NCBI RefSeq assembly: GCF_000002075.1
Contig: NW_004797332.1
Span: forward strand, 298,335 to 362,250
Length of the DNA: 63,916 bases
Direction of reading: 5' to 3'
Source of the DNA: Aplysia californica
Taxonomy: Eukaryota
The notes under the pieces were generated by a model, which saw only the letters and a list, made by a program, of their open reading frames with translations, was not told the DNA's origin and made no database searches. Of this stretch, positions 48,101 to 57,270 are shown in pieces (position 1 is the stretch's first letter; each line of letters starts with the position of its first letter). A program made the position numbers and the translations under genes.

Positions 48101-51100
48101 GAGGGAGCTGAAGACAAAGACGTGAGTCTTATCTTGAGATATTTTGTGAAAGTACATTCAATTTGTTTTATGGCATTAAAGACTTGAAATTGTTGGTTGT
48201 TGAATGCCATACTTTCATTTTAAATATAAGGATGAAGCAAGCGAAAGGAGAAAATGAAGCTAAGCTGGGATTAGTGTGGCAAAAAGTTGTGTAATCTTGT
48301 GGATGTTTTGTTAGAGTTATATCACTTTTGTATAAGCATGATGAGACTTGTGTGCAGTTTATTTTTTGCTTGGGGGTTCCGTCTCATGACCAGAGCGAAA
48401 TTGGACTTGCTTTCTGTTGGATATTTTTCCTTTTCTTCTGCTTTTGTTCTTATTAAAGTGCATGCCACTTGCTGTACATTTGCTTTTTGTTTAACTTTTT
48501 ACTTTGCTGATTTCAAACAATTTTGGTAAATTCTTGCAAAGTTGCGAAGCTAAAGAAGTTTTATACTCTTTTCATTGTGTGGGGCACCTAGAAATTGTGT
48601 TTTGAGGTGAAATTTTGCTTATTGGGTTTATTACATATTATAGTACCTGGACATTTCCTGAACAATATCCAGAAATGGATGTAAGCCTTGCTACATCCTA
48701 AAGCTGTGTTTTTTTGTCAGGTTTTTCTGCGAAAGCCCTTGTTTTCTAGCCTTTTCTTACCTGTATTGGCTGTTTTCTCACAGTTTTATTTTTTTCTCCT
48801 ATTATCCCATTTTTCTGCTCTGTTTCTTGTTCAATTTTAATGTAACTTTCGCAGGATTCCAACAACACCTAGTTCTAAATTTTGGCTTGTTGAATTTTTG
48901 ATTAATGCTGCAGTTTTGATTTATGGGCTTAGGAAGCATGAATTTTCCATTTTTTTCACCTTTTTTTCAACATCCCAATTGTAAGTATCATAAAATAAAA
49001 ACTAAAGCATTTATCAAAAATTCAACAAGCCAAATTTAAGACCTACATATTTACTGTTGGCATGTCAAATTAGAAGTGAATCGGTTAATAAATAAGGGAA
49101 TAAAATGGGATTGAAAAAGGTGTACAAAATACAATATGGCCGCCGTTTCCATAGCAACCGATTCACAATATACTTTTTGAACTATTGATTTAAAATCCCC
49201 AATAATACACGATGTCCCACACCAAATATGGGCACTCCAGGCCTTGAAATAGCCAAAATAGACCTCAGGTGCCCCACCAGCCCTTAAGCTTTTGGAAAGA
49301 AATATGGCAGCTTAAGTATTTGAAAAGCATAATATAGTTCTGAGATTTATTTAGCTAATGTTGTCTTTCACACTGAAAGTAAGAAACATGATGCATGTCA
49401 GAATAAGCTTGAAAATTGTATGAACATTATTGGCCTTAATTGTCGGAAATGATCTTGAGATTTATTTACATAAATGTATGTTTGTGGCGTTACAGAAGGA
49501 AAAACCACAATGAGATTGAGATATATATATGTCATTACATTAATTGTTAATTTATTTGCAGTTAGAATGTTGCTTACAGACCTTTGTTAGTTTTAACAAT
49601 TACGTCATATTTAATAATACATCTACATATTTTATATTGTCACATTGCTATTTATGAAAGTGAATTTCTCTTTGTAAATGCTGGAATTTTTTTCTTTGTT
49701 TGAAGGCAACCTCTTCAAAAGAGACAGAGACAGCAGCAACATCAAGTCGAGTGGACCCTTGTTTTAGTCGCTCTGCGTATGGTGCGTGGGAAGTTGTCAA
49801 GGAAGAATCGTAAGTATCAAAGAATTTAAAGTGTTTGTCAGAGGTAGACCTGCATGTGAGCCTCAACCAGATTGTCTGAAAATTTTGCGCAACCCCCCCC
49901 CCCCCCCCTCCCAAAAGAGCTTTTGTTGGTGTCATAAGGAAGGACTTCCGAGTAACGAGCGACCACCCCAACAAACACAACAAAGAAGAGACCTAACCCT
50001 ACCCCTACCCCTAGGCCTACCCCAATAAAGAACCTGCAACGAGCCTCATGTGAAAAGGCCAGCACGAGTCCAAAATGAAAAATATTTTTAAAATTAAAAA
50101 ACCACACTCCAAAACAAACAAGGCTTACAAGGAGCATAATATAATGGCCTACATCTACATATTGCTAGATCTACAATAATAGGGTTTGATACAATAACAC
50201 AATAGAATTGGAATACGAATCCTCCACATAGATCTAGATCTAGGTCTAGTAAACTAAATAAATCTACATCTAGATCTAGAAGAACAAGTGAATAGGATCT
50301 AGGAATAGGCCTTAAACTAGAAATCCGCATCCGATTCCGAACAGAGGGGCTCAGCTGAGTCTAGATTCTAAATAAATAAATAATTCACGCACCTGATGAA
50401 ATGCCTTTTACCAACATTAATATTACAGCACAACCTTTGATAGGGTTTGACAAAATAGAATTGGAATATGAATCCTCCATTGAGGTCTATAATGATCTAT
50501 ATAAATCTAGATCTAGATCTAGATTCTATTATCTAAGTGAGTCGGACTGGAATGAATCCACACGATCTGAACAATTGAATTTGTCAACAAAACGAAATTC
50601 AAAATGGCCGCTCGAGCACGAAACTGAAAGTAGATAATTTAGGTCGTCGTCTTTTTTCGTATTCGCATTTCTACTCAGGTTCCGACAATTATGTCGGAAA
50701 CGCCGACGTCGGCAGTCGGCTGTGCGCGCGTCGGCGGTCGGCACGAAAACGAAAGTGCCGACAAAGCCGACGGGAGAAAAAGGGGGCGCTGGCAGTCGGC
50801 CAGGCCTCGCACTACGCACATTGACTGATACAGGTGGGCCTAGCGATAGCATCGGCCGCCTAGCGGGTCGGGTCGCGATTGTCGGATTTCAGACGATTGT
50901 CGGCAAACATGCAGGTCTACAGAGGTGCTGATTTTAAGGATTTTATCTGGATTTTCTGGATTTCTAAAATTGTTCAGATTTTATTTTTTATTTGCACAAA
51001 GTTCAGAGTTTTTTTTGGTAGCCAGAAGAATTGAGTCCCTTCACTGCTTGGTCATCTGTGCATGCTGCGTTTGCATTTAAAAGTCAAGCTTGGGAAAGCA

Positions 51101-52324
51101 AAGGCTTAGAAATGAACACATATTTGGAAAGGGGATAGTGTATTAGATAACTGGGGTTGAAATCGGTCTGACTTCAGTTAATTTCTTTTAAAAATTTTAA
51201 ATATATGAGCATAAAATTTTGTTGTTTTCATCATGCTGGCAGTTTGCATTTGAAGAGCTCTTATAAAATATGGTGTCTAGACTGCCATTGCTACAATTTT
51301 TCGCTTAGGTGGAGCTGACGTCTATGGTGTTATGGTAAGGCTTTTCGGTTTTAAATGCCGCAGACATAGGATGGATTCCCAGTGAGGGAATTTATGGAGT
51401 ATCTTTTTCTGCCAATGCTGTGTTCCACTCACCTCACGTTAGCCCTGAGAGGCAAGGCTGACACACACGCTCAAAAAAAGAAAATAAATGTAGATGTTTT
51501 TACACCCACATCAACACAATGCAGATTATTTAGGTTTTTTAGACCCTATCTGTCAGTGCGAATAGGGGCTGAGACAGAAACAACATTCCAGCGGAAAGAC
51601 CCTGATGCTTGATAAAAATTCTCCCCACTCGGGTCCCCTGTGTGCAATGACAAAGCGCTTAACCAGTTCACCCCAGATCCGGAAAGGTTCAAACTGCCCA
51701 TCTCTCAATGATCTAAGATGTATTGATAGGGGCATAAAACATTTACAAGCAATATGTTGATGTCCAATTTGAGTTATTTTGCTCAAAGCAATAAATGGGC
51801 CTACCCCATCTTTATCTTACAAGAACCTCAGTTCCTATGGTAGCTAAATTATATTTAGTATTTTCTTTGAAATCATTAAAATAAACAGAGAAGCATAATT
51901 CCTACAATGTCATTTTAAGAGGATTCCTATGCACTAGTTTACGGAGTCAAATAATCAGGAACCTATTTTTTTTTTCAAGATAAAAATGAAATATACAATG
52001 TGTGTATGATTTTCTAAAGATCAGTGATAAGTTAGATGTTTTTCAAGAGAAAAATGACAAGTTGTTAAATATATATATATATATATTATCTCTGTAATTT
52101 TCAGACAGCCAACAGTTTACGACGAGTCAAGTGCTCCGCCTGATTTGGAAGACATTCCTCTACCAGATATCCCAACTGTGAAAGAAACAAAGCCAGAAAA
52201 GCCAAAGTTTAAAGAAAAGACAGTTACTTCCTTAGGCTCCGGTCAGAGCGGCCCCGTGGCTTTTAAGAAAAGAAAGATTGCATCTGGTGCTAGGAATGTA
52301 CGTCAGAAGGGAAATGATGACTGA
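33147..52324 (+). CDS. WBP4: WW domain-binding protein 4 (FBP21), U1/matrin-type Zn finger + WW, 9 coding exons, ~283-293 aa
   Basis: Exons 33147-33148 (AT), 39364-39436, 40176-40238, 41373-41444, 42844-42904 (or -42934), 45810-45953, 48009-48121, 49706-49809, 52105-52324. MSEYWKSVPRKFCEFCKCWITDNKPSVEFHERGKRHQENV, AALEAFKKDL, AYGAWEVV and C-terminal FKEKTVTSLG...FKKRK...RNVRQKGNDD* match human WBP4 as remembered. Confidence 0.92.
33262..34282. repeat. Foldback element with ~200-bp inverted arms
   Basis: 33262-33460 is an imperfect reverse complement of 34097-34282 (e.g. GAGATGAAGGAAAACGAAGC / GCTTCGTTTTCCTTCATCTC). Confidence 0.78.
34958..35813. mobile_element. Tc1/mariner-type non-autonomous element
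   Basis: TA-CAGTCGAACCT ... AGGTTCAACTG-TA. Confidence 0.7.
36350..36575 (+). mobile_element. 5'-truncated Nin/Deu-like SINE
   Basis: GAGGTCCCGTGTG...AAAGATCCC core, ATAAGACCTTATGCTGTTG tail, A-run. Confidence 0.7.
36892..37408 (+). mobile_element. Full-length tRNA-derived SINE with Nin/Deu-like core and I/Nimb-like stem-loop tail
   Basis: A box TGGCCTAGAGG, B box GTTCGAATCC, core CCTTCTCGGACAAGGG...GAGGTCCTGTGTG...TAAAGATCCC, tail ATATGACCTATGCAGTTGCGAGCACC, poly-A, flanked by GAACCTGTTTA. Confidence 0.88.
37427..37933 (+). mobile_element. Second tandem copy of the same SINE
   Basis: Same architecture; flanked by GAACCTGTTTA and GAACCTGTATA. Confidence 0.88.
38795..39140 (-). mobile_element. 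tRNA-derived CORE-type SINE with L2-like tail
   Basis: Minus strand: TGGCCTAGTGG / GGTTCGAATCC boxes, GTTGTGTCCTTGGGAAAGGCACTTT...CACCCAGGTG..AATGGGTA core, GCGCTATACAAATG..(TAT)n tail. Confidence 0.85.
39364..39436 (+). CDS. WBP4: WBP4 exon 2 (Zn finger CxxC)
   Basis: CAG|G SEYWKSVPRKFCEFCKCWITDNKP|GT. Confidence 0.93.
40176..40238 (+). CDS. WBP4: WBP4 exon 3 (Zn finger His ligands)
   Basis: CAG|SVEFHERGKRHQENVQLRLKE|GTAACT. Confidence 0.93.
41373..41444 (+). CDS. WBP4: WBP4 exon 4
   Basis: TAG|VRKKSLKDSAEQEEMDKAMEKMEK|GT. Confidence 0.88.
42844..42934 (+). CDS. WBP4: WBP4 exon 5 (donor at 42904 or 42934, both phase 1)
   Basis: CAG|AALEAFKKDLKENPALAAQY...; the 3' boundary is ambiguous. 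Confidence 0.8.
43360..43582 (+). mobile_element. tRNA-derived SINE, third family
   Basis: Degenerate A/B boxes; body homologous to the reverse complement of 55250-55560. Confidence 0.65.
43584..45314. mobile_element. piggyBac-like non-autonomous element (~1.7 kb)
   Basis: TTAACCC...GGGTCAT left end and ATGACCCC...CAGCAGAGGGGTTAA right end; imperfect match. Confidence 0.55.
45810..45953 (+). CDS. WBP4: WBP4 exon 6 (WW N-part)
   Basis: ...KEWYEAVSPEGYHYYWSTVTG|GTATGC. Confidence 0.9.
46752..46947. mobile_element. ~190-bp hAT (Charlie-like) MITE (copies 14870-15060, 17950-18146 inverted)
   Basis: Family termini CAGTGCTTGTCAACCT / AGGTTGGCAAGCACTG, colinear interiors. Confidence 0.75.
47126..47169 (+). 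mobile_element. 44-bp tail-only retroposed insertion, 12-bp TSD
   Basis: CTAATTCTCTAG at 47114-47125 and 47170-47181 flanks ACTTATGCAGTTGCAAACGCCATAAAACCTCTACTAAAACTAAA. Confidence 0.85.
47553..47730. mobile_element. Kolobok-like MITE nested in a Tc1 MITE (longer relative ~48578-49287)
   Basis: TTAAGGGCTGGTGGGTCACC ... GGTGCCCCACCAGCCCTT; ~140 bp closely similar to 49145-49287. Confidence 0.6.
48009..48121 (+). CDS. WBP4: WBP4 exon 7 (WW C-part)
   Basis: TAG|ESVWEAPEDFVSLADQ...EDKD|GTGAGT. Confidence 0.9.
48855..49062. repeat. Imperfect palindrome / hairpin MITE
   Basis: TTTGGCTTGTTGAATTTTTGAT paired with ATCAAAAATTCAACAAGCCAAA. Confidence 0.65.
49706..49809 (+). CDS. WBP4: WBP4 exon 8
   Basis: ATSSKETE...SAYGAWEVVKEE|GTAAGT; conserved YGxW motif. 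Confidence 0.87.
49845..50919. mobile_element. TIR element with 6-bp TSD CAGAGG (hAT-like)
   Basis: TIR TAGACCTGCATGT / ACATGCAGGTCTA; TSD at 49839-49844 and 50920-50925; GTCGG/CCGAC subterminal repeats, (TAGATC)n interior. Confidence 0.82.
52105..52324 (+). CDS. WBP4: WBP4 exon 9 (stop)
   Basis: ...KPKFKEKTVTSLGSGQSGPVAFKKRKIASGARNVRQKGNDD*. Confidence 0.92.
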
Positions 52325-52685
52325 GCCTGTGAGATTGAAGGGAATGATTGTAAGATTGTCAGCAGGCTGTTCAACTGTTAAAGGCCCAGAAAGCAAAATT
52401 TTTCAGGCAACTGAAAAAAACCCATTCTTTTAACAGTGTTGCTAACATTATTATGTATCTTCTCTTGCTTTTTTTATCAACTTTTGGAATATGAAAATTT
52501 TGACAAAATATTTCTCGAGCACATGCAACCTATGCCACAGATTAAGAAACAACAAGAAAAAAAAAAAAGAAATTTTAGGCTGCGTAAATATGAACAGCAG
52601 GTTGTCGGTATAGTGAGAATGGGGGCGTAAATGACACTTTGTTGAGGTAACATTTTATACACTTTGATTCCACTAGTAGTAAACT

Positions 52686-52970
52686 GGCGTTGGTGGGGAC
52701 TCGCAATGATAAGGTCGTGGGTTTGAATCCCGTTAGGGGCCCGACGTTGTGTCCTTGGGAAAAGCAGTTTGCACGAATTTTCCTCACTTCACCCAGGTGG
52801 AAATGGGGTACCTGGCTATAGACAGTGAAAGATCTTGTCAGTTTGTGAGTGTTTGAGTGTGTGAAATCCGCAGCTTGCACTGTATGCTTCCTGAAAAGCT
52901 GAGAATGTTTCAGAGTGTTCTAGGGTCTGCAGGGGTAATAATAATTGTAAAGTGCATCAAGAATGCTGTA
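52686..52970 (+). mobile_element. CORE-type SINE (second copy) in probable WBP4 3'UTR
   Basis: Aligns with the reverse complement of 38795-39140. Confidence 0.82.
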
Positions 52971-52994
52971 CAGTGTGTTGAAAAGCAGAATTTA

Positions 52995-53000
52995 AATAAA
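52995..53000 (+). terminator. Candidate WBP4 polyadenylation signal AATAAA
   Basis: AATAAA ~670 nt after the stop, followed by T/GT-rich sequence. Confidence 0.45.
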
Positions 53001-53274
53001 ACTTGTATTTTTAATTTCCAGCTGTTTTGAATTTTTTTGTTTAGATTTGGACCACCTATATATCCAGAATTTCTGTGTAGAAAAACTATGTAATGTATTT
53101 GCTTGAACTTTTCCATTTCTTTTACTTTTACTTCCCACAGAGTACTTGTGTTGGGGCTTGTTGTGTTTGGTGTGATAAGTTGTCATTTCAACATGTTCAC
53201 TTGACTGGTAAAGTAAGTGTAATGATTAATGCTCCTATCAACAATATTAGGTTATTTAAGAGGCAGGACTTCTG

Positions 53275-53430
53275 AATTTGACGTCCATCTCCGATAGGAC
53301 CCAGCCAAATGGGTTGAGAGCCATGAAAGCTCCACAAAATGACCCGAGTTCAAGAACGTCCAGTTTGGGATTTGAACTACGGCCATCCGCTCCGTAGTCA
53401 AGCATAATACCAATTGAGCTGACGGAGCCC
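53275..53430 (-). mobile_element. tRNA-headed SINE remnant
   Basis: Minus strand GGCTCCGTCAGCTCAATTGG...GTTCAAATCCC head; not an intact tRNA. Confidence 0.5.
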
Positions 53431-53659
53431 TCCACTTCACTGCATCTACTAAGAAAAGCGAATACTCAAAATGAAACACATTTTACAGGTTGTGGTCAAT
53501 TTGCATATATATATATGCAAGGCATAGGGTAGAAACTCTAGATAGATAGGAGTGATATCCCTCCCTGGTGACTTTTATACATACCCACCTCTGAAAAGAC
53601 AACAATATTGCCAAAAAAGGCATGGATCTTTGTATGTAAATTCAGTCCTCCAACTTCCC

Positions 53660-54058
53660 ACAACAATGAGAACTGGTGGAAAATCGCCCAAGCTGAAATC
53701 CTATCTACACAAAGTTGCCCCGGCGGACTACCCAGATCCGTCCTGTGGAGCGTGCAGGGAGGACGAGGAGACCATGGACCATGTGTTCGTTTTGTTTTAG
53801 TAGAGGTTTTAAGGTGCTCGCAACTGCATAAGGTCATATGAGCGCCAGACCATGAGTTTCTGAAATGTCCCGCCAACTATCATGCCAGAACACGTCTGCT
53901 GGGATATTTCAGTGACCCATGTTCAGCACATTTTAAGGATCCTGAGCAAGTGTTGAGTTCCTGCGTGCTGTCGGCATCACTGACCGCTTATGATGCCACA
54001 GCGCAGAGAGAGGGAGAGAGAGAGAGAGAGGGAGGGAGGGAGGGAGAGAGAGAGAGAC
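53660..54058 (+). mobile_element. 3' end of an I-group (I/Nimb/ingi-like) LINE with (GA)n tail
   Basis: LKSYLHKVAPADYPDPSCGACREDEETMDHVF, resuming after the 60-bp insertion as LKCPANYHARTRLLG...DPEQV(frameshift)EFLRAVG: the CCHC C-terminal motif of RNase H-bearing LINEs; followed by GA repeats. Confidence 0.75.
53788..53847 (-). mobile_element. 60-bp stem-loop + tail insertion, 11-bp TSD
   Basis: GACCATG(T/A)GTT at 53777-53787 and 53848-53858. Confidence 0.85.
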
Positions 54059-54274
54059 GGAGATTCTAACAACTACGGATGAGTAAATATGCATCTTTAT
54101 TTGGTCTACTTTATACATGAATAGTACACATTGATCACAAGTAGTGCTTACTCTGGTGGCATTTGTGTTAGAAATGAACATTTTTGAAAAATATGAACAA
54201 AGAACAACACAGCTTGATGACATGACCGGACATAATGAAGCTGATGAAATGAAACTTAAAAAATGATACATGTA

Positions 54275-54463
54275 CTGTCTAGCATGCACATAGCGAACAC
54301 GCATACAGACAAACACGCACATAGTGGACAGATGTTTCAATCCCAACCTTTTTCTTATGCATGTACGGTAAATTATTTGTATTTAAAACGCGTTCAAAGC
54401 GTAATCATACATAACGGAAAGATTCCTGCATCCCGCCGATTTTGCTATGTACATGCTAGACTG
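54275..54463. mobile_element. MITE with TIR CAGTCTAGCATGCACATAGC (copies 55690-55898, partial 58550-58629)
   Basis: Inverted termini and a shared internal segment in three copies. Confidence 0.75.
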
Positions 54464-54769
54464 TGTAATGTTTGGCATTTAAAAGTTTGAAATAAAATGT
54501 GGGAGAGATATGATTTTAAAAAACCATGAGGAATGCAAGGTGTATGGTCTCTTGAGTAAATATAAACTTAAACAAACCTGCCACACCTGCTGCATTTCAT
54601 TTTCTAACCAACATATGAATTATCCAAAAGACCAGACGCTGACAAATACACCTTTGTCTCTGGTCACATGTTCCTGGACTTGTTGGGATCCATTAAATTA
54701 ATTTCAATGTTGACCTCAATATATGAAAGTTTAGAAAGTCCATGTGAGGTTCACATTTTTCTCCTCTTT

Positions 54770-54921
54770 AGTGTTTAATTTTAGTAGAGTTTTACAGCAC
54801 TTGCAATATGAAGAGGTCATACAAGTGTCGAAGATTAGAGGTGTTACTGGAGAATCATACCAAGCAAATAAGGGGAGACAAGGGCGATCAAACCATACCA
54901 GAGTACCTGCCAACCACCCAC
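54770..54921 (-). mobile_element. Family B retroposon
   Basis: Homologous; flanked by a CTCCTCT direct repeat. Confidence 0.78.
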
Positions 54922-55249
54922 TACTCCTCTCTGATAGAGAACTTCATGCCCTGCTTTTACTTTTAGAATAAGCTTTTCTACCTAAGTAAGTATGCAAACT
55001 TCAAAAGTGCAAAACACACTGTGAAGGACTTAAGCAGAAATATGTTTTAATTTATTCGGCTTCCCAGTTGTGATGGACACTGTGGGCCCTAGAGTGCAGT
55101 TGGTCATAAAACGTAACCAACAAGCAAATGTTGGGGTTGGAATTTACAAATGTAACTGTGAGATATTTTACATCCTCATCAACACAATTTAGATCATTAA
55201 TGAAGTGGGCTGCTTCCATCTCAGTTGAGTGGGATACAGCATCTTTTCA

Positions 55250-55562
55250 AAAAAATAAAAATGTCGAGGTGTTTTCATGCCCCTGCTGACACAATTTAGA
55301 CAATTTAGGAGGCGGGCTTCAACACTGCCTGTCAGGGCCAACCTAGGCTGAGAGGGATACAATACAACATCCCTGCTCAAGCCTGCTGGAATGCCGGGAC
55401 ATTCTATTAAAAAAATTCTGCACGCTGCAGCGAAGCAGACGATACACAGCATCCTGGTAGATGGAGGAGATTTTTTTTTTTAAAAAGCTTCCCCACTTGC
55501 AAATTGAACTCACTTTCACTGCATGCCAAGGCAAAGAACCTGACTACTACACCACAGGCACT
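55250..55562 (-). mobile_element. tRNA-derived SINE, third family
   Basis: Homologous to 43360-43582 (CCCTCTCA.CCT.G.TTGGCCCT.ACAGG...GAAGCCC...CTAAATTGTGTC...GCATGAAA). Confidence 0.65.
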
Positions 55563-57084
55563 GGTAAATTGGGGTTGGAATCCACATACAGTGGAATCTT
55601 TCTGTCATTCTGAGAACACTTTTCCCCCTAAGTCCACAGTCTGATGGGGAAGTAAGTGCTCCACCCTTTCGCATGACCTACTTAGCATACAGTCTAGTAC
55701 GCACATAGCAAACATATAAATAGCAGAACATGCACATGATACAAACAAATTTTCAGGTCTCAATTTTTTTCTTACACTTATACATGATACATGTATAGGG
55801 CTATATATTCTTTGTATATTTCACATACATAGCGAAACATACATCATAATGAAAAGATTTTTGCGTCCCATCGATTCTGCTATGTGCGAGCAAGACTATA
55901 GTAGGGAAGTGAATTATAATTATGACAAAACCACAGACAATGTCTTCTAGTGTAGATTTTGACAAATGCATGTTTAGGTGGCTGAAAAATGTCAGGGTTG
56001 GAGAAAACCAGCACATAGATCTAATCCATGGTTATCTCTCTCACTCAAAAGTGTAACTAAAGGGATATTTCTTTGAATCTAATCTTAGTTAACAGAACGT
56101 TGCAGCATGGTAAAATCCATTCTCATATGACGCATGCGAGACACAACTCACAATTTGTGCGACAGATTGGGTAGTGGGTTGCTTGTCTAATTCAAATTAA
56201 AACAATGGGTTTTGTTAGTGGTCTGCATACATACACTCAAGTTCAAGCACCTTGCAGGCAAGTCTATTCAGTGGTTTTCATCCAAAAAAAAAGGTTGTGT
56301 ATGTATCTGAACAGTGCTTCTGTAAGTTTGTAAGTTACCGGTACAGTGTAACATCGAGAAGGGAGGGAGGTAGCAACCACAGGAAGAAACCTTGACGAAA
56401 GTCCTTCCAGCCGCATCCTCGGGTTCACCTCCAAAAAAGTCATACAACCTTTTTTTTCTTCAAAGAAAAAGCCATTTAGAATATTCAATTAAAAAAAAAA
56501 ATCACAACTGACTTTTTCAGAGAAACAGTAACAGGATTTTTGTACGGTATAGAAGAATATTTCCCTGCAAAGGCACTTGTGGGACAACAATGCGAAGTGG
56601 TCTCTTTCCTGACTGCAGTTGTTACGAAGCTGGGCTGTGTAGATTGAGTCAAATGGATTAAGTAGCACTGAAATATCAATACATTAACTGACGGTAATTT
56701 TAATTGAGTAAAATGGACGCAGGTGGGATGAAAAAAAAAATGCTCATAAAAAGCAATGGATGAGATTAGAAATAAAAATGAATGATATATATAGAATCCA
56801 TACATAATGTACCGGTACTATAACAGCTCTCAGGTAGTTTCAAGTTCTCAAACTCAATGTGTGTAAATCATCAAAAGGTACAAGACAAAAGTAACATTAG
56901 TAACAATCCATAGGGCTAAATATAGCACCTTCAATATTATTATTAGTAATGACATGCATGCAGGAGCCAACCTATCTAATACTCTGTTTCAATGTTTTGT
57001 AAACTTTGACAAATCTGAAAACTTTTCATTTAGATGACATCTTTATCACATTCCTGATTTCATGTTATGATATGGAGAAGGTGT

Positions 57085-57270
57085 TTAAATCAAGAAGACT
57101 TTTACAGCACTTGCAAAACACAAATAGAAGTTTATATAAGTGCTGAAGATTAGAGGTGTTACTAGAAAACTAGAGAGCAACTTACAAAGAAAAAAAAGAG
57201 AGATGAGAACGACAGATGTTTGACAGGAAAGAAGGAGCAAACTACACCAGAGCACCCACCAACCACCCAC
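57085..57270 (-). mobile_element. Family B retroposon
   Basis: Homologous; plus strand ends CCAACCACCCAC. Confidence 0.78.

Noticed and set aside
38795-52970. Inverted CORE-SINE pair within the WBP4 transcript
   Set aside because: About 13.5 kb apart and diverged; pairing is unlikely to matter without further evidence.
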